Positions 1 to 10,109 of a stretch of DNA of 64,000 nucleotides are shown here, in pieces. The stretch is from a virus, in IMG/VR virus record IMGVR_UViG_3300034280_000973, positions 5,774 to 69,773 of that record; one strand, given 5' to 3'. A program made the translations under genes and the position numbers. Position 1 is the stretch's first letter. Every line of letters starts with the position of its first letter. The notes beneath the pieces are model-generated. The model was not told the DNA's origin, did not search any database, and was given only the letters and a program-made list of their open reading frames with translations.

Positions 1-1392
1 ATCTACTTTTACACCACGGGCTAGCTGGTCTCTAGTTGGGCCAACTGTTAATCTGCTATATTCACCTTCCATTCGGAGATTAATATAGTTGCCAAATTCC
101 ATAGCCGGGCCGTAACGGGCCACCTGAGGCTCTAGCTTGCGATTATACGGCACGGGAGTTCCACTTGCGATATCATCGGCCTGCTCTTGCTGAGACTTCT
201 CTTTGAACTTCGTATAGCTCGTACAGAGCCACAAAATACGATCCGATTGGGCGATATCATCTTCCTTGTTCAATTGTACGAATGCCAAGCATGGTACTTT
301 ATATTTTACCATAAAGTTGTGTAGATTTGTCATTTGGAACCCAAGAATTTGATATTCCTTCATAGCTTCCGTGATATTATCGCCACTTGTAAGTTTTAAG
401 TAGTCATAGACAATAAGGCATGGTTTTGCAGTACCGTCGTTATTAAACCCCACCTTACGATAGATCCATTGTCTCATAATCGAGAGTATAGAATCAAATG
501 AACGCCCGGAAACATTAATATGCTCAATCTTGGAGTCCTTCAACATTTCTGCGGTTTTAAGCATTTTTTCTGCATAGCTTTTATTTCCTGCGGAAATATC
601 GTTAACACTAATGCCGGAAACATTGGCAAGCAATCTATTTTGTTGACTTGCAGAATCCATTTCAGTATCTACTATAAGCGTAGGTATAGATAATACGTCT
701 TGATTTTTTGCTATTTGTAATCCTAGTGTACTTTTTCCGGTTTTAGGTCGGGCCGCAACAACATCGACGCATCCATTGCGTAAACCGCCACCAATAGCTT
801 TATCAAACTCTTCAAGACCTGTTTTTATTCCATTGAAACCCGCTGGATTATTTAGTAATTCTACTACATAATCATACATATTAACGCCGATTTCTACGGG
901 CTTACTATTGTCGCTGTTATATATTGTTTGAGCCAGATTGTTTCCCGGCTGTTCAATGCTAGTTAGAATATCTGCAACATCTTCCTCGCCCGTAAACTGA
1001 GAGAGATTTTCCATTGCTTTTTGGAATTCTTTGCGGGCATCTCTAAGAAGTTTTAACTTCGTAAGTTTTGCAGCATAATTCGGAACATTACTTTTATTTA
1101 CCGGAAAATTAAATAATGATCTAATGTATTCTAGTTCATCTTTATTTTCAAATAAGGCCGCAAGCCCCATAGAAGAAGCCTTGCTTAAAACAGTAGAAAG
1201 ATCTAAAGTGCTACCGTCATATATGCATTTTTTAGCAATATCAAATACTATCTGATTTGTCGGCTCGGTGAATGTTTCATTAGTGATATAATCTACATCA
1301 ATGAATACTTCTAGTCCCATCTGACATATGGCCGACAATAACGCCCTTTCATATGCCAGATCTTTTAAATCAACATTAATTTTTTTCTTCAT
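1..1392 (-). CDS. dnaB: Replicative DNA helicase (3' end beyond window)
   Basis: Not in the ORF track; hand-translated at start, motif and window edge: MKKKINVDLKDLAYERALL..., IKTGLEEFDKAIGGGLRNGCVDVVAARPKTGKST (Walker A). Confidence 0.92.
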   Translation of the reverse strand, partial: MKKKINVDLKDLAYERALLSAICQMGLEVFIDVDYITNETFTEPTNQIVFDIAKKCIYDGSTLDLSTVLSKASSMGLAALFENKDELEYIRSLFNFPVNKSNVPNYAAKLTKLKLLRDARKEFQKAMENLSQFTGEEDVADILTSIEQPGNNLAQTIYNSDNSKPVEIGVNMYDYVVELLNNPAGFNGIKTGLEEFDKAIGGGLRNGCVDVVAARPKTGKSTLGLQIAKNQDVLSIPTLIVDTEMDSASQQNRLLANVSGISVNDISAGNKSYAEKMLKTAEMLKDSKIEHINVSGRSFDSILSIMRQWIYRKVGFNNDGTAKPCLIVYDYLKLTSGDNITEAMKEYQILGFQMTNLHNFMVKYKVPCLAFVQLNKEDDIAQSDRILWLCTSYTKFKEKSQQEQADDIASGTPVPYNRKLEPQVARYGPAMEFGNYINLRMEGEYSRLTVGPTRDQLARGVKVD

Positions 1393-1634
1393 TATTTCTT
1401 TTTGGTGCCATAAGAGTTATAGTTTTGACCGCCATAAATATTTGGCCGAGAATACCCGACCGGCCTGCCAGAACTATAATATCTTTGACCGCCAAAAATA
1501 TTAGGTCTACTTTGAAAAGAATTCCTAGATTCCGAAGAATTTCCCGAGTAAGATCGCCCGGACGAAGTTTTATCCGCTCCGGCAGCTTCTAATGAAAGAA
1601 AAAATACACACGCAATCATTAATAAGTTTTTCAT
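1392..1634 (-). CDS. Small secreted protein with SRPNIxGGQ repeat
   Basis: Likely start MKNLLMIACVFF (signal peptide); upstream part of the track ORF overlaps ssb. Confidence 0.65.
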   Translation of the reverse strand: MKNLLMIACVFFLSLEAAGADKTSSGRSYSGNSSESRNSFQSRPNIFGGQRYYSSGRPVGYSRPNIYGGQNYNSYGTKKK

Positions 1635-1635
1635 A

Positions 1636-1944
1636 TTACCCCGCAAAACTAAAATTATCAACGAGTAATGAATGTTTCGATCTCTTGACTCCATCAGAAC
1701 CAGTCCAAGTTTCAAGCCGCAGTTTTCCGTCAATAAGCATTTGCTTACCCTTAACGAAATATTGTGCCACCTTCTCTGCCCGCTCGCCAAACATGACGCA
1801 GTCTAGATATAGCACTTCTTCTTTGTCTCCATACTTATCGCTGCAAGCGATAGAAAACTCTAAAACCTTCTTTCCGCTACCGGTAGAAGTTAATGTTGAA
1901 TCTTTAGTAAGTCTTCCGCCTACGATAACCTTGTTGTAATTCAT
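1636..1944 (-). CDS. ssb: Single-stranded DNA-binding protein (no acidic tail)
   Basis: NKVIVGGRLTKD, FSIA, KGKQMLIDGKL motifs of SSB OB fold. Confidence 0.92.
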   Translation of the reverse strand: MNYNKVIVGGRLTKDSTLTSTGSGKKVLEFSIACSDKYGDKEEVLYLDCVMFGERAEKVAQYFVKGKQMLIDGKLRLETWTGSDGVKRSKHSLLVDNFSFAG

Positions 1945-2099
1945 AAAACCTCTTTTGTATATTCATACCATAGCAAAGCCACGTTTGCTAGACCATAACA
2001 AAACCACATCATGGCATGTGGATAATCTTTATCTTTCAAATTTCCAACGGCGATAAACATATAAAGTAATGTCGCCAGAGAAATACCAATTTTTCCCAT
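1941..2099 (-). CDS. Small membrane protein (52 aa)
   Basis: Hand-translated MGKIGISLATLLYMFIAVG...; fills gap with coupled stop/start. Confidence 0.6.
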   Translation of the reverse strand: MGKIGISLATLLYMFIAVGNLKDKDYPHAMMWFCYGLANVALLWYEYTKEVL

Positions 2100-2554
2100 T
2101 AAACAGCCCATCCTTTTGCTTCAAGCTTGGAAATTATATCTTTTGTAGGCTCCCATTTATCAAGCATTTTTTGAATAGCGGCCTGACTGACCTTATGGAC
2201 GTTCTTTTCGGCCAATTGAACCGTATCGCTTTTCCACTTAGTTTTTGGTTCTACCACTTCCCAAGGAATTTTAGCTTTAAAAGCGGCCTCGATATATTTA
2301 TCTATCGTCCAATATTCCACAAATGTATTTGCTACAATAACATTTTTACCGCGAAATAAATTATAAAAAGCCTGCCCGAGACACCAAGAATGTGCTACAG
2401 TTAAAAAATCGAAGGTAAATTTATAATCATCCTCGATCATAAAAAACTGATCGGCCTCTAATACTACACTGTTTCCATCGGCTTCTGCCAGCTTGTGTGC
2501 AAGCGTACTCTTACCAGACCCCGGAAGACCTCTAACTATTGTCAATTTGCTCAT
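2099..2554 (-). CDS. P-loop kinase, polynucleotide kinase-like (AAA_33/N4BP2-like)
   Basis: IVRGLPGSGKSTLA, EADQFF, AHSWC, VIVANTF, NVHKV. Confidence 0.8.
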   Translation of the reverse strand: MSKLTIVRGLPGSGKSTLAHKLAEADGNSVVLEADQFFMIEDDYKFTFDFLTVAHSWCLGQAFYNLFRGKNVIVANTFVEYWTIDKYIEAAFKAKIPWEVVEPKTKWKSDTVQLAEKNVHKVSQAAIQKMLDKWEPTKDIISKLEAKGWAV

Positions 2555-2813
2555 TTTTTCTTTCTACCTGTTTTTCTAATGGTGCCCATGCCAAAAAATG
2601 TACAACTAAACCGCCGAATACTGATCCGGCGATAAAAATTGCCAGCGGGTTTGACCATGCCCACTGATTTACAACGTAACTTATTGTTGCTTCTGAATCA
2701 AAAAAGAACAGTGCAAACAGATCGTATAAAATAAAAAATAATCCGCCAAATACTATTACTATAGCGGTTATTTGGTTAGGTTTAAAATTCAACTTTTTCA
2801 TAAACTTTTTCAA
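2532..2813 (-). CDS. Membrane protein, 2 TM
   Basis: Two hydrophobic stretches. Confidence 0.65.
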   Translation of the reverse strand: MKKFMKKLNFKPNQITAIVIVFGGLFFILYDLFALFFFDSEATISYVVNQWAWSNPLAIFIAGSVFGGLVVHFLAWAPLEKQVERKNEQIDNS

Positions 2814-2985
2814 TAACGCTTACATATTCCTTTTTGTCTTTTTCGGATTTCTCCGGAATCCATTGCTTTCCGCATTTATAACATAGCATATACTTAGATT
2901 TAGGCGTTTTCCAATGTCCGTCATAATTGCACTTTGGGCACTTTTCCATTTTCTTACTCCGTAGTATTAGTGTTATGATGATCAA
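2782..2985 (-). CDS. Zinc-ribbon protein
   Basis: CPKC...CYKC; true start probably MEKCPKC. Confidence 0.55.
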   Translation of the reverse strand: MIIITLILRSKKMEKCPKCNYDGHWKTPKSKYMLCYKCGKQWIPEKSEKDKKEYVSVIEKVYEKVEF

Positions 2986-3544
2986 CAGCAGTCCACTTTT
3001 TTTGTTTCATGATAGACATGATTTCGTCATAATGATACAGTGTATGTTTTTTGTGTCCATACAGTTCTGTATCCCAACCAACATCTATAGATAGAAGGTT
3101 TGGATCATCTGGCAAACTACCATGACTATGTCCGTAAAGCATGATAGATCCTCTGTGAGACATATTCCATATACGCTGTGCGTAGTGATGAAGGTAAAAA
3201 TATGTATCATGAATTTTTCCTTCCCATACGGGCTTTATCCATTTAAATAGGTGCCTGTAATCATATACATGCTTGTCATGGTTGCCCGTAACTAGGAAAA
3301 TGTTTTTACAACGAATGCTATTACGGAATTTTTCAATGTTATGTTTTCCGCCAAAAGACCAGTCACCAAGATGGTAAATAACATCATTCTCGCCAGCTTC
3401 GTTAAAAGATTCAACTAATGCTTCATTCATATCGTAGGTACTATTAAAGTTACGATATCCGGATTTCCACGAGCTTACTTTAGGCCCGGCAATATTTGAG
3501 TGCCCGTAATGAGAATCGGAAGTAAAAAATATATTAACTGACAT
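2954..3544 (-). CDS. Calcineurin-like metallophosphoesterase
   Basis: SDSHYGH, LGD, GNHD, GHSH. Confidence 0.9.
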   Translation of the reverse strand: MSVNIFFTSDSHYGHSNIAGPKVSSWKSGYRNFNSTYDMNEALVESFNEAGENDVIYHLGDWSFGGKHNIEKFRNSIRCKNIFLVTGNHDKHVYDYRHLFKWIKPVWEGKIHDTYFYLHHYAQRIWNMSHRGSIMLYGHSHGSLPDDPNLLSIDVGWDTELYGHKKHTLYHYDEIMSIMKQKKWTAVDHHNTNTTE

Positions 3545-4247
3545 TAACTAAATCTCCAAATAAAATTTTAACTCTTTCTTCGTGACTATATTGTGTTAGA
3601 GGCATTATATCTAGCGGGCAATATGATCTTTTTCCGGTAATTTCATCTCTTAGCTTTTTAGTATAACCACCACGTTTAAAGCGTGCTGGGTAATTGTTCC
3701 AGTTAACACCTGTGTTAATCAGCATGTCACTAAGATCTGAAAAGTTTTTATTGTTACATTCTTTATGCGAATAATAAGTTCTAGCGGCCATCTGAATTGA
3801 GTTTCGTGTTGCATCCATTTCTCGCCATAGCAAACAGTTTGTAGCTTCGGATAAATTTGGCACGGAAAATACACGACAGTCAAATAGTGCCATTTTTCCT
3901 TCGTTTTTGAAAATGTTATTGAAAGTATAGGTTGCAAAGGACGCAAGAACGGAACATAGCTTTTGTATTTTTCCGCTGAAAAATAATTCTTGCTCCGGCG
4001 ATTCTTTGGATAGCACGAGAGTTATTTCATCGCTCTGTGTGTACCCAAGAACTGCATTACTAAAAATACAAAGCTCATAAGTCAAAGTATCCATTGCTTG
4101 CATTAAACCGGTGTCATAAGGCTTATTCAGATTTGAAGTAAAACTATGAAAAGCCTTTCCGTCGATACGAACCATGATCGGGCAATTAGGCATTGCCTGC
4201 ATACCGTAAGCCTTTTCGTAATCTTTCATTCTGTCGCCGATTTCCAT
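3534..4247 (-). CDS. tRNA(His) guanylyltransferase-like 3'-5' polymerase (Thg1/TLP)
   Basis: GDRMKDYE, RIDGKAFHSFT, YTQSDEITL, FDCRVF, WREMDATRNSI. Confidence 0.92.
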   Translation of the reverse strand: MEIGDRMKDYEKAYGMQAMPNCPIMVRIDGKAFHSFTSNLNKPYDTGLMQAMDTLTYELCIFSNAVLGYTQSDEITLVLSKESPEQELFFSGKIQKLCSVLASFATYTFNNIFKNEGKMALFDCRVFSVPNLSEATNCLLWREMDATRNSIQMAARTYYSHKECNNKNFSDLSDMLINTGVNWNNYPARFKRGGYTKKLRDEITGKRSYCPLDIMPLTQYSHEERVKILFGDLVNVS

Positions 4248-4258
4248 TTTTTATCTTT

Positions 4259-4450
4259 CTAACTTATTAAGTAATTTATTATATCAATCACTTTCCAAAT
4301 CGCAAGAGCGGGGATTCCAAGCACGATCAGCCACGTAATCAAATGAACCGCACAAGCAAATATACCGCAAAGAGTATATAATAACATTCCGTCATCGCCT
4401 TTCTTTCGTCGTTTTTCAGCAAATGCTGCTTCAAGTATGTCTCCGATCAT
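4259..4450 (-). CDS. Small membrane protein
   Basis: ORF with hydrophobic C-terminus. Confidence 0.55.
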   Translation of the reverse strand: MIGDILEAAFAEKRRKKGDDGMLLYTLCGIFACAVHLITWLIVLGIPALAIWKVIDIINYLIS

Positions 4451-4471
4451 TATCTATGCTTCCTATAAAAA

Positions 4472-4705
4472 TTAACAACGAAGAAGTTCACCATCATCAC
4501 TGACTCCGTCGATTTGCAGAAAACCATCATGGATTTTTTGTAATTCAGCTTGATGCTCCGGTGTTCCCTGCTTCGGATCGATATCATGCTTAAACACCAA
4601 GGCTAAATGCCGTTTAATGATAGTCGTTTGTCTTGCGTTCAACTCTTGCGGATTATTCAACTCAAACAAACCTTGTAACCAAAAACAAAATTCAGATGCT
4701 TTCAT
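4472..4705 (-). CDS. Phage hypothetical protein
   Basis: FCFWLQGLFEL...IKRHLALVF; SD and own promoter. Confidence 0.7.
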   Translation of the reverse strand: MKASEFCFWLQGLFELNNPQELNARQTTIIKRHLALVFKHDIDPKQGTPEHQAELQKIHDGFLQIDGVSDDGELLRC

Positions 4706-4722
4706 TTTTTAACCTCTTTCTC

Positions 4723-4750
4723 ATTATACCACAGCTTTAAGCCGTGTCAA
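4723..4750 (-). promoter_or_regulatory. Sigma70-type promoter TTGACA-N16-TATAAT
   Basis: TTGACAcggcttaaagctgtggTATAAT, intergenic. Confidence 0.85.
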
Positions 4751-4751
4751 G

Positions 4752-5759
4752 CTATTTTAACACCAAAATTCTCTGCTTCGGAATCACATTGCGATTATGC
4801 GAAGTGCTTTGAACATAGACAAGCCATTCGCCGTAGTCACCGACGCTCAATTTGACTTCCATGTTTGAAGGAAGTCCGAGAAGTTGACGGGCGTTTCCGC
4901 CGGAATATGCTTTACCGGTTTTCTTATTTTGAATAATAATATTTTTGCTAGGCTGAACATGCTCGTTCTTTACTAATTCATAGTATGAGTTACCCTTAAC
5001 ATATTTCTTACCTGTTTTATCTTCTACAATATCTCGAATCCATAAAGCTTTTACATCTTCATTGATAACAATAGTAAAATCTTTCTTACTCAGTTCATCT
5101 AGAACCTTAGTTACATTGGCAGAGTTTACGTCTTTTAAGCCCGAGAAAATTGTTTGCGAAGATCTTACCCCCGACTGCCTACTGTTATAGTATTGAGTCA
5201 TAGACCTATCGAATGTATCTTCAACTTCCGCGATACCCTTTTTATCGGCATCCCAGCGTTCGATATTACCCTTTGGAATACCGTAAGATTCTAAATACTT
5301 ACCAGCGTCCATATCGGGGACATATCCCGCAACAGTCCAATTTTCCTTCAAGGATTTAAGTTTTCGACGCATAGCATTAGAGTCAATTGTGCAAGAGTAA
5401 TTTTCGCATCCATCAGATAGAATATAAACTATATAAGCATGATCGCCATGAATTTCTGGCAATAACTCTAGTTCACAAATAGATTGATTTAAACAGTCTA
5501 GTAATGCAGTGCTTCCTTGCGCACTAAATTTACCTAAATCTATAGGCCGAGTAACGTCTGTGTCATACACAATACACTTAGGTTTATTATCGAATGTATA
5601 AATTGATATTCGGGTTTCTTGATTAAAGTCAAGACTCATTTTGCGCAAGAATTCAATTCTTTGTTCTAGAACTTTTTGCATATCTCCTATAATACGATAC
5701 ATAGATCCGGATGTATCTAGAAGAATAGCTACGTGATTTTTAAGTAATTGTTTTGTCAT
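4752..5759 (-). CDS. vWA-domain protein
   Basis: LLDTSGSM MIDAS, TALLD, LSDG. Confidence 0.85.
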   Translation of the reverse strand: MTKQLLKNHVAILLDTSGSMYRIIGDMQKVLEQRIEFLRKMSLDFNQETRISIYTFDNKPKCIVYDTDVTRPIDLGKFSAQGSTALLDCLNQSICELELLPEIHGDHAYIVYILSDGCENYSCTIDSNAMRRKLKSLKENWTVAGYVPDMDAGKYLESYGIPKGNIERWDADKKGIAEVEDTFDRSMTQYYNSRQSGVRSSQTIFSGLKDVNSANVTKVLDELSKKDFTIVINEDVKALWIRDIVEDKTGKKYVKGNSYYELVKNEHVQPSKNIIIQNKKTGKAYSGGNARQLLGLPSNMEVKLSVGDYGEWLVYVQSTSHNRNVIPKQRILVLK

Positions 5760-5768
5760 CTTGTTTCC

Positions 5769-6137
5769 TTAGTAACTTGAGTTATATAAATTGTTTAGTT
5801 GTAATTTTTGTTCTTCCGTAGCATTTACATGCTCCGTAAAAGCCGTTATTAAATTTTCTATGATTTTTTTATAGTCAGAAGTTTCTTCTTTGTATAAATA
5901 CATATCAATTTTAGAAAAAATATAACTAGAATTAAAAATTAAATTTAGTCCAGAGTTATCCTTATTACAGTATAAACTAATAAAAAATACATCTTTAATT
6001 TGCAATATGTTACGAATCGCAACACATATGCCAGCGATAAAAAGTTTTATTTCCTCAGAAGCTTCTCCATTCTGCTGTATTTCACGAATAACAAGCGTTG
6101 AGTCTTGAAAAAATATGTATGACTTAGGCTTTTTCAT
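5769..6137 (-). CDS. Hypothetical protein
   Basis: ORF in operon. Confidence 0.55.
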   Translation of the reverse strand: MKKPKSYIFFQDSTLVIREIQQNGEASEEIKLFIAGICVAIRNILQIKDVFFISLYCNKDNSGLNLIFNSSYIFSKIDMYLYKEETSDYKKIIENLITAFTEHVNATEEQKLQLNNLYNSSY

Positions 6138-7611
6138 TTTCTAGCCTTTGTTTAATAGCGGCAAATGATTCTACCATGTAATTTCTATTGCAGAAAACTG
6201 TAGTAAGTAACGATTCGTCGCGTTCTTCTTCCTCGGTACATCTATCCCTTAGGTAAAGTTCGCCGTTTTCATCTCTCTTGACACATAATAGTCCGCGAGC
6301 AGATTTCTTAGTTCCGTCATCAGTTACAGGATCTTTGAAAATCTCACGCCTTTCAAGAACTTCGTTTTCCATAACTTCGCAGTATGTACTCTTAACTGCG
6401 ATACCTAATGTATCTCTAGTATTATAGTTATACGTGTAACTACCGATTCCAAATACTACATTAGTGCTGGCAAAGCCTTTAGCTTCAAGTCTTGCACAAA
6501 TTCGCTCGGCCCTATCAAGAGTAATGCTGTCGCCGTAGATAACTCCAATGTGAGGGTCTAGCACCTTATAACCTTTTTCGTTTACAGTTCCGCCGAATAC
6601 ATCCCAAAGAAGTTCTACAACACCTTTTGATTCCGGAGTGTTAAATTTGTGAGCCTTTTCAGTATTAGTATTTAATCCACAAATAATATCTACAGGATCA
6701 CCACTGTCAGGTCTAATCACCAGCTTGCCATTGCGAGCCATGATTTTGTCTTTAAGTGTGACCACGTATTCAGTACATACTCTCCATAGGTCAAAGCTGT
6801 CACTGACTATTGATACGATACCTTCCGGGAAAATATCCAGAATTCTACTGAATCCATCTATTTCATTTTCTTTTCCATACGCTGTTTGAATTGAATGTTC
6901 CGAAGCCGGTACGCTAGAACCAACTAATTCTGTTTCGATATCAGCATCGTAATATTCTTCCAGCATTAATACCGCAGGAATAGTATCAGTGCCCGTAAAC
7001 GATAGTAAGTGCCCCGCCTGATTAAGTGTAGACTCCATGCTGCTTCGGCCACGCATAGAAAAGTCATGCCCTTGCCATTGCACGAAAGATGGATCTCCGG
7101 TTTTTTCGGCCCACTTATTTAGTAGCTTGCGGTACATATGTGCAATAGTTGCCACTGTTGTCATATCCCAAATAACCGTTGACATTTGAGTTTCTAGAAA
7201 GTTGACAAGCCAAGCAAAGTCCGGGTGAGTATTTGTAATAGTAAAGAAAGGAACTTTCTCGGGAACAAGAGTGCCCTCGGGCAATGCCTTAATTTCTATT
7301 GGTAGATATTGAAGCTTATGCAGTTTTTCGATGTGTTCAGTATCTACTTCGGTAAAACTAAAGTGCTTATGGAAACGCTTATACTCGGCCAAAACTTCTT
7401 CTAGCGGTCTATTAAAGAAGTTAGTTCTCCATTGTCCTACAAGATATTCTTGAATATAATATTGTAGCCCAAACCATACAGCTTTATCGCAACCTAGACG
7501 CTTAAAACTTCTAGGTGTCATGTTGCTGTAGAGCTTAATCATGCCCTTGGGGTACATTTTGTAGTGGAATTGTTTATACGAATCTGAAGCCAAAATTGGT
7601 AAAATTTTCAT
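6124..7611 (-). CDS. nadV: Nicotinamide phosphoribosyltransferase family (Nampt/Namat-like)
   Basis: SDSYKQFH, HDFSMRG, PASEHS, IVSDSFD, IRPDSGDP, YGDSIT; start moved to MKILP (GAGG SD). Confidence 0.92.
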   Translation of the reverse strand: MKILPILASDSYKQFHYKMYPKGMIKLYSNMTPRSFKRLGCDKAVWFGLQYYIQEYLVGQWRTNFFNRPLEEVLAEYKRFHKHFSFTEVDTEHIEKLHKLQYLPIEIKALPEGTLVPEKVPFFTITNTHPDFAWLVNFLETQMSTVIWDMTTVATIAHMYRKLLNKWAEKTGDPSFVQWQGHDFSMRGRSSMESTLNQAGHLLSFTGTDTIPAVLMLEEYYDADIETELVGSSVPASEHSIQTAYGKENEIDGFSRILDIFPEGIVSIVSDSFDLWRVCTEYVVTLKDKIMARNGKLVIRPDSGDPVDIICGLNTNTEKAHKFNTPESKGVVELLWDVFGGTVNEKGYKVLDPHIGVIYGDSITLDRAERICARLEAKGFASTNVVFGIGSYTYNYNTRDTLGIAVKSTYCEVMENEVLERREIFKDPVTDDGTKKSARGLLCVKRDENGELYLRDRCTEEEERDESLLTTVFCNRNYMVESFAAIKQRLENEKA

Positions 7612-7626
7612 CTTTTCCTCAAAAAG

Positions 7627-7640
7627 TGTGTATAATATAG
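7627..7640 (+). promoter_or_regulatory. Putative phage promoter motif TGTGTATAATATAG
   Basis: 13/14 identical to 25775-25788; both end 40 nt before an endonuclease ATG. Confidence 0.55.
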
Positions 7641-7679
7641 CGGTAACACAAATTTTCATACAAAGGGAGTCATCACGCT

Positions 7680-8663
7680 ATGTTAACTGTAGAACAAAAA
7701 AAATACGTCAAAGAACATTTTGCAACTAAAAATACTGTCGAAATTGCTGAATTTTTACAGGTTCCTACTAGGGAAGTTAGTAAGTACGCCAGTAATTCTC
7801 GTCTCAAAAAGTCTTCTAAATCATTATATCAAAAAAAATCGATCTGTCAAGCAAGTTCGGAATTAATTTTGCAAAATTATCACGATTGCGACTTGAACTG
7901 GCTTTCCGAACAAACGGGACAGTCTGTACATGCCATACAGGAATGGGCAAGAAAGCGGGGATTAAAAAGAACCGTGAATTTGAACAGGAAAGGAGATTTG
8001 TCTGCATTATTTTCTGAAACACTAGAATCATATTATTGGTTAGGATTTATAGCTGCTGATGGGTATGTTTATAAGAACGGACACTTTATGATTTCTCAAT
8101 CAGTTAAAGATAAAAGTCTTATATTTAAACTTTCAAAATATCTTAAAACATCTGTATATAAATACATATCTAAAAAAGGCGGGTATAGAAAAAATGATTC
8201 TACTACCTACAGAATTAATATCTGCGATAAAAATTTAGGAATAAAACTTCGTGAAATGTTTAATATCCAAAATGATTCTCCAAAAACATACACTGGCATA
8301 TCTTTAGATTTTATCAAAAACTCAAAACAGGCAGCAGCATTTTTATGCGGATTCATTGATGGCGATGGGTCTTTAAATAAATCAAAATGTTATAAAATAG
8401 AATGTCATAAATCTTGGTTTACAACATTGTCTATATTAATGAATAAGTGCCCGAAAAAATTTCATGACTTCGACTTGTCTATAAAAAAATGCAAGTCTAA
8501 AAAATCTGCTTATGCTGTATTAAGACTTCGCATTAAAAGTTCTACCATGATACGGAAATTTGCTAAAAAATTTAAACTACCATGTTCTAGTAGAAAATTT
8601 GATTTATCTAAAACTAATTACCAGCCAATCCAAACTTCGCTAGGGCATTTCCTAACTGTGTAG
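7680..8663 (+). mobile_element. Free-standing double-motif LAGLIDADG homing endonuclease, antisense
   Basis: YWLGFIAADG and FLCGFIDGDG; N-terminal HTH-like repeats. Confidence 0.9.
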
Positions 8664-9298
8664 CCTTTTTCTTCAAAATGTTCAAGGATTGTTTTAATAT
8701 GTTTAGAGTCAACAATATGCAATTCTCTTGTCCACCAGTTGCTGTAACCTTTTTCTGTTCTTGCGTTTATTTCGTTTACGAAATAATCTACAATGCATTG
8801 TTTAGTTTTTTCATTTATTTCCGAGGCAGTTGCTATTTTATTTTCAACATTACCGATTTTGTGCAGATTAACACGAATTAATTCATCTTCTTTGCACCAA
8901 CGCATAAACCATGCATCATTAGAAACAAAGCTAAATTTTTCCGTGGATGAATCCCACTCCTTAACTATTCCAATATCCCCTTTACGTTTATGCTCGCCAA
9001 TAAATTGCACAGTATCACCAACACAAATGGTTTTCGCGGAAACTGTCTCTACCTCTGGTTGATCTTGAGTTGCCCAAATCGCTTTCAGTGTTCGCTCTGC
9101 GATCTTCTGCGACTCGGTCGGCTCTTTGGCAGGCTCAGACTCGACGGGTTTGCAGTCCCTTTTATGCACCCACCATGATTTATCCGCATTTCCGCAAACA
9201 AGCACAGCCTCGCCAAGTACATCAAAGACGTTTACTTGAACCCAAACCTTATCGCCAACTTTAAAATTGTTCATTTTTTTCCTTTGTATATTCTCCAA
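8618..9298 (-). CDS. Hypothetical protein (KOW/SH3-like modules)
   Basis: FKVGDKV and VGDTVQF modules. Confidence 0.6.
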   Translation of the reverse strand: MENIQRKKMNNFKVGDKVWVQVNVFDVLGEAVLVCGNADKSWWVHKRDCKPVESEPAKEPTESQKIAERTLKAIWATQDQPEVETVSAKTICVGDTVQFIGEHKRKGDIGIVKEWDSSTEKFSFVSNDAWFMRWCKEDELIRVNLHKIGNVENKIATASEINEKTKQCIVDYFVNEINARTEKGYSNWWTRELHIVDSKHIKTILEHFEEKGYTVRKCPSEVWIGW

Positions 9299-9719
9299 TA
9301 AATTCTAAATCAAATACTGAATCCCTGAATAGTTCTAATATGGCTTTTTCTTTTTGTTTTGGGGTTGTATCATGCGAATCGTTTATATTCATAGCGTTAC
9401 TGGTTAGATCCGTAGATATGTAAGTCCTATAATCGGATAGAGATAGAGAAGCCAAGGCACGAACACCGTTTGAACGCAACACACGACCAAGTTTTTTGCT
9501 ATCTGATTTAATAGTATTCATTAAAGTGGGTGGGCTAGCAATACAAAGCAAATCTTTTTTCGCCACTTTTGATGCAGCCATACAAAACCCCAAGCAGCAC
9601 ATATAGCCTTCATCATTTAAAAGTGCAGTAATGCCTGCTCCAGTCGCTTTACTAGAAAAGCCGCCGGTTCTCCATTTTGATCTATCAATTACTACCTTGA
9701 TTTTCCGTTTCATCTTCAA
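9261..9719 (-). CDS. Hypothetical protein
   Basis: ORF in operon, MCCLG motif. Confidence 0.6.
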   Translation of the reverse strand: MKMKRKIKVVIDRSKWRTGGFSSKATGAGITALLNDEGYMCCLGFCMAASKVAKKDLLCIASPPTLMNTIKSDSKKLGRVLRSNGVRALASLSLSDYRTYISTDLTSNAMNINDSHDTTPKQKEKAILELFRDSVFDLEFIGEYTKEKNEQF

Positions 9720-10092
9720 TTTTTCCTTTCAGTAGTAGGTTATTCAAGTTTCCCGCGAGATATTGTTTGTCGTAATATTTATACTTGCCATTGGGGTCAG
9801 TTACTTTGTAAAGTCCAGATTTAGTCAATTTAATATCAAAAATTCCAAAGTTTGTATATACACTAATCGGATTTAAAATATCATATGAAATTCCGCCGGT
9901 AACTTTATTGGTAGTAATAGATTGTATAAACTCAAGAAGTTTTTTATTTTCCGCTTCGTTTATGTAATCATAAATACAATCCCCGACAGCATCTGTAATT
10001 TTATCAAGTAATGCCTCGGCGTTATAATCGGCAGATTTAGAAGTAACGCACAGCTCGATCTCAAAATTATCGTCTACAATTTTCTTTTTCAT
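9685..10092 (-). CDS. Hypothetical protein
   Basis: AGGAG SD, promoter upstream. Confidence 0.65.
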   Translation of the reverse strand: MKKKIVDDNFEIELCVTSKSADYNAEALLDKITDAVGDCIYDYINEAENKKLLEFIQSITTNKVTGGISYDILNPISVYTNFGIFDIKLTKSGLYKVTDPNGKYKYYDKQYLAGNLNNLLLKGKIEDETENQGSN

Positions 10093-10109
10093 TTTTCTCT
10101 CCTGCCTTG

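Noticed and set aside
7612-8700. Duplicated gene end next to the first LAGLIDADG gene, as seen at prs
   Set aside because: I found no orphan Nampt or neighbour fragment on either side.
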